The notes under the pieces are model-generated. The model saw only the letters and a list, made by a program, of their open reading frames with translations, ran no database searches and was not told where the DNA came from. This document shows positions 10,840 through 20,741 of a DNA stretch of 64,000 nucleotides, piece after piece. The first letter of the stretch is position 1; each line of letters begins with the position of its first letter. This DNA comes from Rhodothermales bacterium (GTDB lineage: Bacteria > Bacteroidota > Rhodothermia > Rhodothermales > UBA10348). The position numbers and the translations under genes are program-made. The DNA lies in the NCBI GenBank assembly GCA_965247125.1, contig CBDFGO010000002.1:964472-1028471 (forward strand), given 5' to 3'.

Positions 10840-11598
10840 ATGGCAGAAAGCATGAACATCAAACTGAAAGTGTGGCGTCAGGCAGGGCCGACCGAACCCG
10901 GAAGATTTGAGGTCTATTCTGTCCCGGACGTCAATCCCCACATGTCCTTTCTCGAGGTTCTTGACGTACTGAACGAGCAGCTCATTAAAGACGGTGGAGA
11001 TCCCATAGAATTTGATAACGATTGTCGGGAGGGAATTTGCGGGTCCTGCGGGGTCGTAATAGATGGAATCGCTCACGGGTCTCAAAGACGGACTGCCTGC
11101 TGTCAGCTCCACATGCGTCACTACAATGACGGCGACATGATCGTGATCGAACCGTGGAGGGCAGGCGCCTTCCCTATAATCAAAGACCTCGTTGTCGACC
11201 GCTCGTCTCTTGATCGAATCATTTCAGCTGGCGGATTTATCTCTGCGAAAGCAGGCTCCGCTCAGGACGCGAACAGTCTTCCGATCCCGAAGACGAGTGC
11301 AGACCTGGCAATGGATTATGCGTCCTGTATTGGATGTGGAGCATGTGTTGCCGCCTGTCCGAATGCCTCGGCATCATTATTCACGGCTGCCAAAATTTCC
11401 CACCTTGCGATGCTGCCCCAGGGTGAAGTAGAGGGTGCCTCGCGCGTGATGTCCATGGTCGATCAGATGCGAGATGAAGGATTTGGAGACTGCTCCAATC
11501 ATGCAGAGTGCGAGGCGGTTTGTCCCAAAGGGATCTCGGTTTCGTCCATCACGATGATGCGACGGGAATACGTGAAGGCTCTTCTGGACCAAGTCTGA
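10840..11598 (+). CDS. sdhB: Succinate dehydrogenase iron-sulfur subunit
   Basis: CREGICGSC, CIGCGACVAACP, CEAVCPK. Confidence 0.97.
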   Translation: MAESMNIKLKVWRQAGPTEPGRFEVYSVPDVNPHMSFLEVLDVLNEQLIKDGGDPIEFDNDCREGICGSCGVVIDGIAHGSQRRTACCQLHMRHYNDGDMIVIEPWRAGAFPIIKDLVVDRSSLDRIISAGGFISAKAGSAQDANSLPIPKTSADLAMDYASCIGCGACVAACPNASASLFTAAKISHLAMLPQGEVEGASRVMSMVDQMRDEGFGDCSNHAECEAVCPKGISVSSITMMRREYVKALLDQV

Positions 11599-11633
11599 CC
11601 ATCGGGAGGCCATCAGGAGACTATCGTGAGGCC

Positions 11634-12338
11634 TCAGACACTCATTTGAAGGGCTTCAACAACCGATTCAAAGAGAGGGGCGCCATCTGCTCGTCCAAGG
11701 AGGACCTCAGAACACCGTTCTGGGTGGGGCATCATTCCCAGTACATTGCCACCTTCGTTCAGCAATCCGGCGATTCCGGCCGAAGAGCCGTTTGGATTGG
11801 CTTCGTCGGTGACATGCCCCGATTCATCACAGTAGCGAAATGCGACCCGTCCCTCGTTCTCAATGCGATCGAGCACTTCGTCTGACGCAAAGTAATTTCC
11901 CTCGCCGTGCGCGATGGGCATCCGTAGGACCGCTCCTTGCTGCAAGCCTCCCGTGAATGGGCTGGCTGTATTTTCTGTCCTCAGGAATACGTTCTTGCAG
12001 ACGAACCGAAGGGATTCATTGCGCATCAGTGCCCCGGGTAAAAGGCCTGATTCGCAGAGGATCTGAAAGCCATTACAAATTCCGAGAACCAGGCCACCAC
12101 CGCTGGCAAATCGTACAACATCCTTCATGATGGGAGAAAATCTCGCAATGGCTCCGCTACGCAGATAATCGCCGTATGAGAAGCCTCCTGGCACGATGAT
12201 CATGTCGACGTCGCCGATACTCGTTTCCTTGTGCCATATGAATCTCGCATCCTGGCCAAGAACATGCTTGACAACGTGATAGGCATCGTGATCGCAATTA
12301 GATCCAGGAAATACAATAATTCCGAAGCGAACTGACAT
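11634..12338 (-). CDS. purQ: Phosphoribosylformylglycinamidine synthase subunit PurQ
   Basis: [37 protein letters not shown]. Confidence 0.97.
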   Translation of the reverse strand: MSVRFGIIVFPGSNCDHDAYHVVKHVLGQDARFIWHKETSIGDVDMIIVPGGFSYGDYLRSGAIARFSPIMKDVVRFASGGGLVLGICNGFQILCESGLLPGALMRNESLRFVCKNVFLRTENTASPFTGGLQQGAVLRMPIAHGEGNYFASDEVLDRIENEGRVAFRYCDESGHVTDEANPNGSSAGIAGLLNEGGNVLGMMPHPERCSEVLLGRADGAPLFESVVEALQMSV

Positions 12339-12600
12339 GGATCTTATTTGAGAAGTGTGGATGCTGGGGCTCACCTGGGCGCTTTCAAATATACCTCAAT
12401 CGGTTGTGCTTTAGCCATCACACAGAGCGTGTGTTTGTTGATTCATCGTGAGTTTGTCGGCGCCCAGAATTCAACTCCAGAATCCAACTCCAGAATCCGA
12501 CCCCAGAATTCATGCAAAAGAACTGACCGGATGGCACAACAACATCGTATTCTTGGCCGTTATATCTTTCCGGGCCCGAAATTGCTCAGAGAAGACAAAT

Positions 12601-13479
12601 ATGATCCCCAAAGAGTTATTCAAAAAGATCAAGCAGATCGAAATCCGAACGAAGGGTTTGGTGAGCAACATCTTTGGGGGTGAATACCATACTGCGTTCA
12701 AAGGCACTGGAATGGAATTCGCCGAGGTTCGGCCCTACCAGTTTGGTGACGATATCCGAAATATCGATTGGAATGTGTCGGCGAGGTACCCGGATACGTT
12801 CGTCAAAATCTTCGAAGAAGAGCGAGAGCAGACGGTCATCTTAGCCGTCGATGTATCGGGTTCGGAAAATTTTGCTTCGAGCGGCATGTTCAAAAAGGAG
12901 ATTGCGGCCGAAATCTGTGCGGTCGTGGCGTTCAGTGCCATCCAGAATAACGACAAGGTCGGTCTGCTGCTGTTCTCTGACCAGGTCGAGTTGTTTGTAC
13001 CGCCGAAAAAGGGACGCAAACATGTACTCCGACTGATCAGGGATCTTTTCGCGCATGAGCAGCAGTCTACCGGAACTGACTTGACGACCGCTTTGAACCA
13101 TCTGGTTCACGTGCTGCATCGGCGATCCATCGTCATGGTCCTCAGCGATTTTATGGATGACCATTTCGAGTCGGCACTCCGAGCGGTCGCACGGCGTCAC
13201 GACACGATTGCGGTACACATGATCGATCCGGTCGAAGTCGCGCTACCAGAGGTTGGCCTTTTGGAGGTGACCGACGCAGAATCGGGAGCCCAGGTATTGA
13301 TAGACACTTCGAGTGAGCGAATACGCGACCTGTACGAGGAGGAGGCGGCCGCCAGACATCGATCGATCGACATGATTTTTCGCAAATTGAAGGTCGACAA
13401 GATTCCCATTCTAACGGACGAGAGTTACGTGGAGCCACTGATCCGATTTTTCCGGCACCGCAACCGATTCGCGAACTAA
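12601..13479 (+). CDS. DUF58 (vWA-like) protein of the bat locus
   Basis: G-Y-T-FKG-GMEFAEVRPYQFGDDIRNIDWNVSAR, FEEERE, SDF. Confidence 0.92.
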   Translation: MIPKELFKKIKQIEIRTKGLVSNIFGGEYHTAFKGTGMEFAEVRPYQFGDDIRNIDWNVSARYPDTFVKIFEEEREQTVILAVDVSGSENFASSGMFKKEIAAEICAVVAFSAIQNNDKVGLLLFSDQVELFVPPKKGRKHVLRLIRDLFAHEQQSTGTDLTTALNHLVHVLHRRSIVMVLSDFMDDHFESALRAVARRHDTIAVHMIDPVEVALPEVGLLEVTDAESGAQVLIDTSSERIRDLYEEEAAARHRSIDMIFRKLKVDKIPILTDESYVEPLIRFFRHRNRFAN

Positions 13480-13486
13480 GGCCCTA

Positions 13487-14557
13487 ATGATCCGACCCTT
13501 CCGACATATTCTGTGGCTGATCGTGCTGATGATGGCTCGACCTGCATCGGCACAGCAGTACGAAAGCTATGTTTCGACGGATTCTGTGACCATTGGCGAT
13601 CGGTTTGCACTCACGCTCATCGTCGGTCATGACGGCTCGCGTAGCGCCGTCTTTCCACACGAAATGCTGCCCGATTCTTTGGGGCTGGAGCCGGTTTTCG
13701 GCCTTGGCGACTTCGAAATAGTCCGGACGATCAGCCAGGGAGGCAGAGCCTACGATCTTGGTGGACGAATCGATTCGGTGGTTTATGAAGCCACGACATT
13801 CGCGCTTGATACGGCGCGCGTCGCCGGCATTCCCATCGGGTTGGCGACCGGGGCAGACACGCTCATGGGATTTGCACCACCTCTCTTCCTACAGATCGGA
13901 TCGTTGGTACCCCAGGAGGCCGAGGAAATCAAGGATCTCGCAGACCTGGCACAATTTGACCGATCGTTGTGGCCATGGATTGCAGGCATCCTGGCTCTAC
14001 TGGCCGTGATATACGGCCTCTGGTGGTGGCGAAGACATGGACTGGAGGAATCGGGCGAAGAATCGACTGCCGTGGAGCCAACAATTCCGCCGTACGAGGA
14101 GGCGCTCGAGCGACTCGCAGCCCTTCAGTCGATGGACCTGTCGGACGCGGAGAACATCAAGCCCTTTTATGTAGAACTCACGGCCATTCTACGCACATAC
14201 GTTGGACGTAGAGCCCATCTGCCGGCTCTCGAGTCTACCACGCGCGAACTACTTTTGCGCCTGCGCGCTTCGCTGGCTGGAGGCGTGCTTTCCGATGATG
14301 TGGTCACCGAAATCGACCATGTGCTCACACACGCTGACCTTGTAAAATTCGCAGATCTACGACCCATACTGGAGCAGACCCGTGCAATGGTCGCTGAAAC
14401 CAAAGAGGCCATTGAAGGGAGTGAGTCAGCGTACCGCCAGGAAGATGAGCGAATGGAACAGGAACGACAGGCATTCCTCGAACAGCAACAGTTTGCTCCT
14501 TCAGAAATTGAATCGGAAACCGAAACGGCAACGGACTCTGTGGAGGAGGAAGTATAA
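13487..14557 (+). CDS. Bat-associated membrane protein (signal peptide, single TM, DUF4381-like C-terminus)
   Basis: Position between DUF58 and batA; ALESTTRELL and ADLVKFA motifs. Confidence 0.75.
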   Translation: MIRPFRHILWLIVLMMARPASAQQYESYVSTDSVTIGDRFALTLIVGHDGSRSAVFPHEMLPDSLGLEPVFGLGDFEIVRTISQGGRAYDLGGRIDSVVYEATTFALDTARVAGIPIGLATGADTLMGFAPPLFLQIGSLVPQEAEEIKDLADLAQFDRSLWPWIAGILALLAVIYGLWWWRRHGLEESGEESTAVEPTIPPYEEALERLAALQSMDLSDAENIKPFYVELTAILRTYVGRRAHLPALESTTRELLLRLRASLAGGVLSDDVVTEIDHVLTHADLVKFADLRPILEQTRAMVAETKEAIEGSESAYRQEDERMEQERQAFLEQQQFAPSEIESETETATDSVEEEV

Positions 14558-15541
14558 ATGTCTTTTTCTCAGCCGTTGTGGCTCATTTTATTGGTACTCG
14601 TTCCACTCGTCGGTTGGAGATCCTGGCACGCGACCCGCACCCGGGCCGGCATGAGATTCAGTTCAATATCAGCCGTGACTGCCGCTGGTGCTTCCCTGAA
14701 AACACGACTTCATTTTCTACCCGCGGTTTTCAGGGTTGCCGGCCTCACCCTGGCCATCCTGGCCATGGCTCGGCCTCAAGACCGGAATGTCGTCCGCGAA
14801 CGATTTGCGGAAGGCGTTGATATAATGATGGTGCTCGATACCTCGACATCGATGCGTGCCGAAGACTTTACACCGAACAGATTTGAAGCCGCGAAGGTTG
14901 TCGGGTCCGAGTTTATCAGTGGCAGAACCTCTGACCGAGTCGGTCTCATCGTATTCGCGGCCGCAGCCTACACCCAGGCTCCGTTGACCCTCGACTACGA
15001 CTTCCTCCTGGAGATGCTGAGAGAAGTCGAAGTCGGTGTTATCGAAGACGGCACGGCCATAGGAACTGCCCTTGCCATGGCTGTAAATCGACTGAAGGAC
15101 ACTGAGGCCAAGAGCAAGGTTATCATTCTTCTGACGGACGGTCAGAATAATCGGGGTGAACTGAGTCCGGAAACTGCGGCGGAAATTGCCCGAACGCTGG
15201 GAGTACGGATTTATGCCATCGGTGTCGGCCAGCACGGGGAAGCTCCGTTTGTGGTCGACCATCCGTTTGCCGGACGTCAACGTCGCATGGTCCCGGTCGA
15301 GATTGACGAGGAAATGTTGCAGGCCGTCGCTGACATGACCGGGGGAGAATACTTCAGAGCAACCAGCAATGGGGCGCTGAGAGAGATCTACGATCAAATT
15401 GGTGAACTCGAAAAGACCAAAATTGAGGAGCGTATGTACGTCGACTACGAGGAGAAGTACGCTTCTCTTCTCCTTCCCGGGTTGATGCTCCTTTTTTTCG
15501 AAATACTGCTTTCAACCACCCTGTTCAGACGATTTCCCTGA
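14558..15541 (+). CDS. batA: BatA vWA-domain protein
   Basis: N-terminal TM, ARPQ, MIDAS DTSTSM, APLTLD, GTAIG, LLTDGQNN. Confidence 0.92.
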   Translation: MSFSQPLWLILLVLVPLVGWRSWHATRTRAGMRFSSISAVTAAGASLKTRLHFLPAVFRVAGLTLAILAMARPQDRNVVRERFAEGVDIMMVLDTSTSMRAEDFTPNRFEAAKVVGSEFISGRTSDRVGLIVFAAAAYTQAPLTLDYDFLLEMLREVEVGVIEDGTAIGTALAMAVNRLKDTEAKSKVIILLTDGQNNRGELSPETAAEIARTLGVRIYAIGVGQHGEAPFVVDHPFAGRQRRMVPVEIDEEMLQAVADMTGGEYFRATSNGALREIYDQIGELEKTKIEERMYVDYEEKYASLLLPGLMLLFFEILLSTTLFRRFP

Positions 15542-16599
15542 TGGATTGGCTTAACCTACAATATGCCTGGACGCTTGTCGCTCCCGCCCTTGCCGTCTTG
15601 CTGTTCGTGATGGCAGCCGTGAGGCGTCACCAGTTGGGAGAGCGCTTTGGCGATGTGAAGATCATCGCCCGACTCGCTGAATCGGTGAGCAGGAGGAGGC
15701 GTCGGTGGAAAGCAGCGCTCACGTGTGCAGGAATTCTTCTGCTCGCCGTCGCTCTCATTGGGCCCCGGTTTGGGACTCGTCTGCGGGAAGTCAAGCGCGA
15801 GGGAATTGATCTTGTTGTGGCTCTGGACGTGTCAGCTTCCATGATGGCGGAAGATGTGGCTCCGAATCGATTGGAACGATCGAAGAATGAAATCAAGGGG
15901 CTTCTGGATCAGATGAGAGGTGATCGGATCAGCCTGGTCACCTTTGCCGGGGACGCGTTCATTCAGTGCCCGTTGACAACGGATTATGGCGCTCTACGCC
16001 TGTTCCTGGATGTGGCGGATCCCTCGCTAATTCCAACTCCTGGTACCGATTTTGGGGCCGCTTTGAAAATGGCGATGCAGGCATTCGAGGCTCCTACGGG
16101 GGACCCAGATACGGAAAATCGTACCCGGGCTGTTCTCTTCGTTTCGGATGGCGAAAATCACGTGGCCGATCTGGAGTCCATCATCGATACGGCACGTGAG
16201 GCCGGAATAATTCTCTACGCCGCGGGTGTCGGTGAGACCCAGGGTTCGCCCATCCCGATTTATCGAAATGGTCGAAGGGTCGATTACAAGAAGGATCGCA
16301 CTGGAAGTGTGGTTACGACCAGGTTGGAAGAAGACGCGTTACAGGAACTGGCCAGGGATGGCAGCTATTTTCGAATCGCAAGAACATCCAGCTCTCTGTC
16401 CCAGATAACGGCCGCTTTGGATCAACTCGACAAGACCGCCTTTGGTCAGGACGAGTTCGAGGAATACCAGGAAAGATATCAGTGGCCGCTTCTCCTGGGC
16501 TTGATCATGCTCCTCGGAGAATGGTTCATACCTGAACGCAGAAAGCAACGAGCAGCCGATTCAGGCGTAGACCTGTTCCATCAATCCACAGGCAGTTGA
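15541..16599 (+). CDS. batB: BatB vWA-domain protein
   Basis: DVSASMMAEDVAPNRLE, FAGDAFIQCPLTTDY, SDGENH; 1-bp overlap with batA. Confidence 0.92.
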   Translation: MDWLNLQYAWTLVAPALAVLLFVMAAVRRHQLGERFGDVKIIARLAESVSRRRRRWKAALTCAGILLLAVALIGPRFGTRLREVKREGIDLVVALDVSASMMAEDVAPNRLERSKNEIKGLLDQMRGDRISLVTFAGDAFIQCPLTTDYGALRLFLDVADPSLIPTPGTDFGAALKMAMQAFEAPTGDPDTENRTRAVLFVSDGENHVADLESIIDTAREAGIILYAAGVGETQGSPIPIYRNGRRVDYKKDRTGSVVTTRLEEDALQELARDGSYFRIARTSSSLSQITAALDQLDKTAFGQDEFEEYQERYQWPLLLGLIMLLGEWFIPERRKQRAADSGVDLFHQSTGS

Positions 16600-16603
16600 T
16601 CTC

Positions 16604-17344
16604 TTGATACTCATTTTCAGCATATTGATTGCGACTTTTCAGGTCGGCGGCCCCGGGGACGCGAAGAAAAATGGCAGAAAGGGGAATGCTCAATACACGC
16701 AAGAGCAGTATTCTGAAGCCATCACGTCTTATCAGAACGGTGTCCAATCGGTCCAGGAGGAAGGCCCTGGTGCGGTTCATTCAGGCCTGTTGAACAATCT
16801 TGGCGCAGCACTTTTCCGTAGCGGAGACTCGGAACAGGCTGAAATCGCGTTTTCGAGTGCGGCAAGAATGGCCAATACCCCAGCAGATCTTGTCCGCGCC
16901 AGTTATAACGCCGGAAACGCGGCATTTACGGCTCAGGAGCTGGAAACGGCGCTGGAAAACTATCGTCGAGCACTTCTGAACGACCCATCCAATCCCGATG
17001 CGAAATTCAATTATGAGTTCGTGAAGAGACAGCTCGATCAGCAGGAGCAGAATGGTGAGGGTGGGGACCAAAGTGAGGAACAGAATGAGGATCAAGAGGG
17101 AGAAAACCAGGAAAATCAAGAAAATCAGGACCAGCAGCAGGACGAGCAGGATTCCGATAACCAGAATCAACAAAACCAGGATCAGAATCAGCAACAGGAG
17201 CCCCAAGAACGGGAAGACCCAACCAAATTGAGTGAAGAGGAGGCGCAGCGAATTTTACAAGCACTCGAGAATGATGAACAACAGCTCCTCAGACAGGTCC
17301 AGAAGATGAAAACCAGGCCGCGGCGCGTCGAAAAAGATTGGTGA
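16604..17344 (+). CDS. batC: BatC TPR protein with Q/E/N-rich linker
   Basis: TPR motifs (YNAGNA, ALLNDP..DAKFNYE), acidic Gln-rich region, C-terminal EKDW. Confidence 0.88.
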   Translation: MILIFSILIATFQVGGPGDAKKNGRKGNAQYTQEQYSEAITSYQNGVQSVQEEGPGAVHSGLLNNLGAALFRSGDSEQAEIAFSSAARMANTPADLVRASYNAGNAAFTAQELETALENYRRALLNDPSNPDAKFNYEFVKRQLDQQEQNGEGGDQSEEQNEDQEGENQENQENQDQQQDEQDSDNQNQQNQDQNQQQEPQEREDPTKLSEEEAQRILQALENDEQQLLRQVQKMKTRPRRVEKDW

Positions 17345-19209
17345 TGCAACTATCTGTCCGGCGCATCTCCATTTTGCTGACGATGTGCTTACTTGCGATT
17401 GCAGGAGGCGAGAAGCTGAACGCCCAGACGATTCGCGTCCAGGCATCCGTCAGTTCGAACACTGTGGGTACCGAGGACGCTGTGTCCTATACACTCCTGG
17501 TACAGGGATCCGATGGCTCGAATATCCTGGTCCCGACCGCCCCCGGTGCCGACGGAATGACGCTGCTGCAATCGGTCCCCGGTACGCAGCGAAGCGTCTC
17601 CATCACCAATGGTCAGATGTCTCAGAGCTTCTCTTTTACCTGGACGTTTCGGCCCACCAGAGAGGGTGCCACCAGAATCGGAGCGACGACCGTGAACGTT
17701 GGGGGTACAGACTATCACTCCCAGCCCATAGAACTGAGGGTCGTACCGCAGTCGCAAATTCCGGCCCGTCGACCAACGGGCAACCCTTTCAGTCGCCTGT
17801 TTAGTTCTCCAATCAACACACCGCAACCGCAGCCGACGGAGCTTAACGAGAACGACATCTTTATCCGGGCTATCCCTACTTCTCGTACTGCGTTTCAAAA
17901 CGAGCAGATCATTGTCGAGTACAGACTTTACTTCAAAGAAGGCATTCAGCTGAGGCAGAGCCGACTGACCGACAGTTGGGATGCTGAAGGCTTCTGGAGG
18001 GAAGAATTGGACGTTGAGACGAGACCGATTCCGAGGATTGCCATCGAGAATGGCCTGCGTTACAACATGATTGTACTAAAACGGGCTGCGGTATTTCCGA
18101 CGCGGGCTGGCGCCATGAGTATCGACCCGCTGAAGATCGAAAGCGAGGCATTGCTTCCGTTCGCATCTCGCGACCCGTTTCAATCTCTGTTCTCGCTTCG
18201 GACGCGGTTCACCCCTGTTCAGCTGGCTTCTTCGACGGTGAATGTTGAAGCGCGCCCGCTTCCAGCGGGCGCGCCAGCAAGTTTCAACGGCGCCGTCGGA
18301 TCGTACACCATGACGGTTGTGCCGGATCGTACACAGCTGGAAGTCGGTGAGTCCATTCAACTTACCGTCACTGTCTCCGGCCGGGGCAATCTTGCGACGT
18401 TGGATGCACCAGTGCTGGATATTCCCGCCGCGTTCGAGTTATATGATCCCCAGGTAACAACGACGCTGGATCGATCAGGCTCTCGGCTTTCAGGTAGGAA
18501 GACCTTTCAGTACGTGCTCATCCCCCGCTCCAACGGAACGTTCGAGATTCCAGCAGTCGAATTCACTTTTTTTGATCCGTCCGGCCCGCGCTTTCGAACA
18601 AGATCCTCCTCTGGAGTCACGATCACGGTAACGGGGACGGCGAGCACCCCCGACATAGTTGTGGCGACCACCAATGGAATGCCCGTCAATGATTTCGCCC
18701 CACTCTTTGTGGCTTCCTCGAATTGGAAGCGCGTCGAGACGCACCCCTTGCACAATCGCCTCTGGCCCTATTTGATGGTCCTCCTGCCCCTTCTGATGCT
18801 GGGGGGTGCTGTCATGTACCAGCGCCGCAGAGACAGGTATGATAGAGATGTCACATGGGCGCGCGGTCGACGGGCACACCCGTTGAGCAGAAAAAATCTG
18901 AAAAGGGCAATGGTGTTGCTGAAAAGCGGCGATACGACCGGATACTTCGAAGAGCTGGAACGAGCAGTGCTCGGATTTATCGGAAATCGTTTGAATGTGG
19001 CCGAGCGCGGACAGACTCGTGAACAATTGGGTCAGGTTCTGTTGGCTGCAGGAGTTGACCAATCGCTTCGTACCCGATTAAGAGTCCTTCTCGACACCTG
19101 TGACCAGGGCCGGTTTGCTCCGGCTTCCATCTCTCCGGAAAACAAGGAAGAAGCGTTCGATGAAGCGTCGGCAATCATTCCTGACATCGATGAACAGGTG
19201 TCTGAATGA
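17338..19209 (+). CDS. batD: BatD oxygen-tolerance domain protein
   Basis: Signal peptide, repeated Ig-like BatD domains, FNGAVG, GRGNL, C-terminal TM. Confidence 0.9.
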   Translation: MVMQLSVRRISILLTMCLLAIAGGEKLNAQTIRVQASVSSNTVGTEDAVSYTLLVQGSDGSNILVPTAPGADGMTLLQSVPGTQRSVSITNGQMSQSFSFTWTFRPTREGATRIGATTVNVGGTDYHSQPIELRVVPQSQIPARRPTGNPFSRLFSSPINTPQPQPTELNENDIFIRAIPTSRTAFQNEQIIVEYRLYFKEGIQLRQSRLTDSWDAEGFWREELDVETRPIPRIAIENGLRYNMIVLKRAAVFPTRAGAMSIDPLKIESEALLPFASRDPFQSLFSLRTRFTPVQLASSTVNVEARPLPAGAPASFNGAVGSYTMTVVPDRTQLEVGESIQLTVTVSGRGNLATLDAPVLDIPAAFELYDPQVTTTLDRSGSRLSGRKTFQYVLIPRSNGTFEIPAVEFTFFDPSGPRFRTRSSSGVTITVTGTASTPDIVVATTNGMPVNDFAPLFVASSNWKRVETHPLHNRLWPYLMVLLPLLMLGGAVMYQRRRDRYDRDVTWARGRRAHPLSRKNLKRAMVLLKSGDTTGYFEELERAVLGFIGNRLNVAERGQTREQLGQVLLAAGVDQSLRTRLRVLLDTCDQGRFAPASISPENKEEAFDEASAIIPDIDEQVSE

Positions 19210-19970
19210 GGATCTTTCTACTCACACTATTTCTCGCCGCGAGCCTTTCGACCCCGACTCCGACCGCTGCTCAGGACAGTGAGATCTTGGGTTTCTTCGA
19301 CGCTGGAACGGCATTGTTGGTTGATGGTCAGTTTTCCGGGGCGTTGGAGCAGTTTCAACATGCGGAGAGACTGGGGTGGGGTTCTACCGAACTCTACTTC
19401 AACATTGGACTTGCCTACCACAGGCTCGACAATCTCGGCCAATCCATCCGTTACCTGGAACGGGCCAGAGTTCTTTCACCACAGGATCCAAAGGTAAACC
19501 ACTCTTTGAATTTGGCGAAAAGCCGGCGAGTCGACAACTTCTCAGAACTTCCCAAACCATTCTGGCGCCGAGCACACTCATGGATCGCACGTGTCATCCC
19601 TATCGATGTGTCCTTCTGGACCGGTTTTGTAGCGTATGCGATCCTGATTGCTCTGCTGTTGGCCAGAATCATCCTGAGGCTTGACGGGTCGTGGTGGCGA
19701 CGCGGCAGATTTGCTGCCGGGATGGTGGGAATGGCGCTGCTCGTTTATGCCTTTGCGACTTCAGCCTGGCCGCCTCAGGATCAAAAAGCAGTTGTATTGG
19801 CCAGTGAGGTAGCGTTGCTCGAACAGGCAGATGCTCAGTCGAACGAGGTAATTCGAGTGCATGAGGGGGTTGTCGTAATCATGCGCACTGAAGCGTCTGA
19901 CTTCACCTTTGTCCAAATCCCAAATGGAGGACGTGGCTGGGTGCCGTCATCCGTACTCGGGACTATCTGA
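19206..19970 (+). CDS. batE: BatE TPR + SH3-like protein
   Basis: LYFNIGLAY TPR, two TMs, HEG...GWV SH3-like end. Confidence 0.88.
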   Translation: MRIFLLTLFLAASLSTPTPTAAQDSEILGFFDAGTALLVDGQFSGALEQFQHAERLGWGSTELYFNIGLAYHRLDNLGQSIRYLERARVLSPQDPKVNHSLNLAKSRRVDNFSELPKPFWRRAHSWIARVIPIDVSFWTGFVAYAILIALLLARIILRLDGSWWRRGRFAAGMVGMALLVYAFATSAWPPQDQKAVVLASEVALLEQADAQSNEVIRVHEGVVVIMRTEASDFTFVQIPNGGRGWVPSSVLGTI

Positions 19971-20063
19971 GTTCTGCGGGCCGGGTGGTGGGTTGCGTAG
20001 ACCGCCTCGCTTCGATTCCGTATCTTCGATTTCCTCGACAATCATCGCACTTCTGTATCCACC

Positions 20064-20741
20064 GTGGAACCTCACGTACTGACACGATCACGACGAACCG
20101 GCTGGATTGAGGTCGTCTGCGGTTCCATGTTCAGTGGCAAAACCGAGGAATTAATCCGCAGGATGAAGCGCGCCCGGATCGCAAAACAGCGGGCTGAAAT
20201 CTTCAAACCAGCCCTTGATACCCGGTTCGGAGAGGTAGAGGTCGTCTCTCATGACGAATCCACCTTACGATCGACCCCCGTAGCCACCGCGTCTCAAATA
20301 CTACTCCTGGCAGCGGACGCCGATGTCGTAGGAATTGATGAGGGTCAGTTTTTCGATTCCGATCTCGTAGGAGTCTGTCAGGAACTCGCGACGATGGGAA
20401 AGAGGGTGATTGTCGCAGGACTCGACCAGGACTATCTGGGACAGCCGTTCGAGCCGATACCCCAGATCATGGCCATCGCCGAATATGTGACCAAGCTGCA
20501 TGCCATATGCGTCGTTTGCGGCAGTCCTGCCAATCACTCGCAGCGACTGGTCTCGGGAGGCCCCAGGGTACTGATTGGAGCTATCGAATCGTACGAACCT
20601 CGGTGTCGAGATTGTTTCGATCTGAGTCTCTCCGCCGGTACCGATCCTGTCGATCAGCCAGACGAGTCTTCCGAGAGCGGACCTGCGAAAGCTGAAGAAG
20701 AGAACCGCGCCGCGAAACTCCGGTCAGAAAAATCGTCCTAG
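20064..20741 (+). CDS. tdk: Thymidine kinase
   Basis: GSMFSGKTEEL, IDEGQF, AGLDQD, CVVCG, YEPRCRDC. Confidence 0.97.
   Translation: MEPHVLTRSRRTGWIEVVCGSMFSGKTEELIRRMKRARIAKQRAEIFKPALDTRFGEVEVVSHDESTLRSTPVATASQILLLAADADVVGIDEGQFFDSDLVGVCQELATMGKRVIVAGLDQDYLGQPFEPIPQIMAIAEYVTKLHAICVVCGSPANHSQRLVSGGPRVLIGAIESYEPRCRDCFDLSLSAGTDPVDQPDESSESGPAKAEEENRAAKLRSEKSS

Noticed and set aside
17040-17215. Repetitive CAG/GAA-rich tract
   Set aside because: Ordinary Gln/Glu/Asn-rich linker of BatC, not a separate repeat element.
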